DNA of 64,000 bases from Massalongia carnosa. Its lineage: Eukaryota. Under the pieces are notes generated by a model. That model was not told the origin of the DNA. It made no database searches and saw only the letters and a program-made list of their open reading frames with translations. The DNA is taken from NCBI GenBank assembly GCA_965645245.1, contig OZ287069.1, positions 2,790,001 to 2,854,000 on the forward strand, given 5' to 3'. Positions 63,300-64,000 of the stretch are shown here, one piece after another. The position numbers were made by a program, and so were the translations under genes. The stretch's first letter is position 1. The number at the start of each line of letters is the position of its first letter.

Positions 63300-63627
63300 C
63301 TCGAGTGGGCTTTCAGGAGGGGTTGCTGGATGATTCGACCCGATAGGAGGACTGGTAGTTGGTAAGACATTGTGCTTCAGAAGAGGTGCACGCTGGACGT
63401 CTTCTGGTGGCGTTATCTTTCATTGCGACGGCATTTTCCAGAATGGCGATGCAGTAGAATAAGAGGCTCTGGAGAGTGACTGAAAGGCTGGACCTTGGCC
63501 AGAAGGCTGACGAGGGTTTGAGCCTTCATACCCACTGTGTTACGGGAAGTCCATCGCTTCTGACAAGACCAAAGCTAGATCGAAGGACCTTTGTCTTTAA
63601 GTAAGGAAGCACATAAAACCTGCGTAT

Positions 63628-63688
63628 TGTCAAAACACTAAACCCGAACCGAGTCAGGGTATACCCGTTGGGGTTTAGTGTTTTGACA
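63628..63688. repeat. 61-bp hairpin with 18-bp perfect inverted arms (TGTCAAAACACTAAACCC)
   Basis: Arms at 63628-63645 and 63671-63688 are exact reverse complements separated by 25 bp. Confidence 0.85.
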
Positions 63689-64000
63689 CGATTACTCGCT
63701 ATCCCGGAGAATTTACTAAGAGAAAAGTAATATCCATCCTTGATTAATTATTATTATTCGGGTAGGACTTTTTAAAAAGAAAATTCCCTCGTTCTTTTTA
63801 TTGCTTGAATTTTTCAACCTTAGTTTTTAGTATGATATTTTATTCATGAAGCGTTTTTCCCCCCTATGAAGCCGTAATCGAAAGTACTGTAGGGTTGGGG
63901 CTGCTACTACACCACCTGGCCAAAAAAGACCTGCAGTGATTTGGATGAAATGCCTCCTTGTAAGCCAGAGCAAGAGCATTCTCCTCCGTAATTGGGTTCT

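Noticed and set aside
1..64000. tRNA, rRNA, riboswitch or CRISPR array
   Set aside because: None was recognised by eye; the sequence is eukaryotic and has no repeat-spacer array. A tRNAscan/Infernal run would be needed to exclude small RNAs.

Overview
This is 64 kb of intron-containing filamentous ascomycete (Pezizomycotina) DNA. Conserved genes are CwfJ/Drn1-like, a 'fibroin-3 related' membrane protein, an MFS transporter, an M20 carboxypeptidase S, adenylate cyclase, a CYP52-type P450, a GH16 Crh transglycosylase, cytosolic TyrRS, the DEAH helicase DHR2, riboflavin kinase FMN1 and the Zn2Cys6 factor AcuK/ERT1. The first 21 kb holds four DNA transposons from four groups. (1) A CMC/EnSpm-like element has an unbroken transposase frame of more than 1000 codons that runs off the window start and is missing from the ORF track; it also has a divergent 3-exon accessory gene and subterminal repeats. 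(2) A decayed, 5'-truncated Fot1/pogo element. (3) A complete Tc1 (DD34E) element whose ORF is split by a +1 shift at a TTT-TGA site between the DNA-binding and catalytic domains. (4) A complete piggyBac-like element bounded by TTAT/ATAA instead of TTAA. Other points of note are tandem 5' splice sites in the Crh gene that would give two different GPI-type C-termini from one dual-coding exon, a GC-AG intron in TyrRS, a PTH11-like pseudogene and a decayed PD-(D/E)xK-like gene. The last ~13 kb is gene-poor with relics. All family calls come from motif recognition by eye; no database searches were run.
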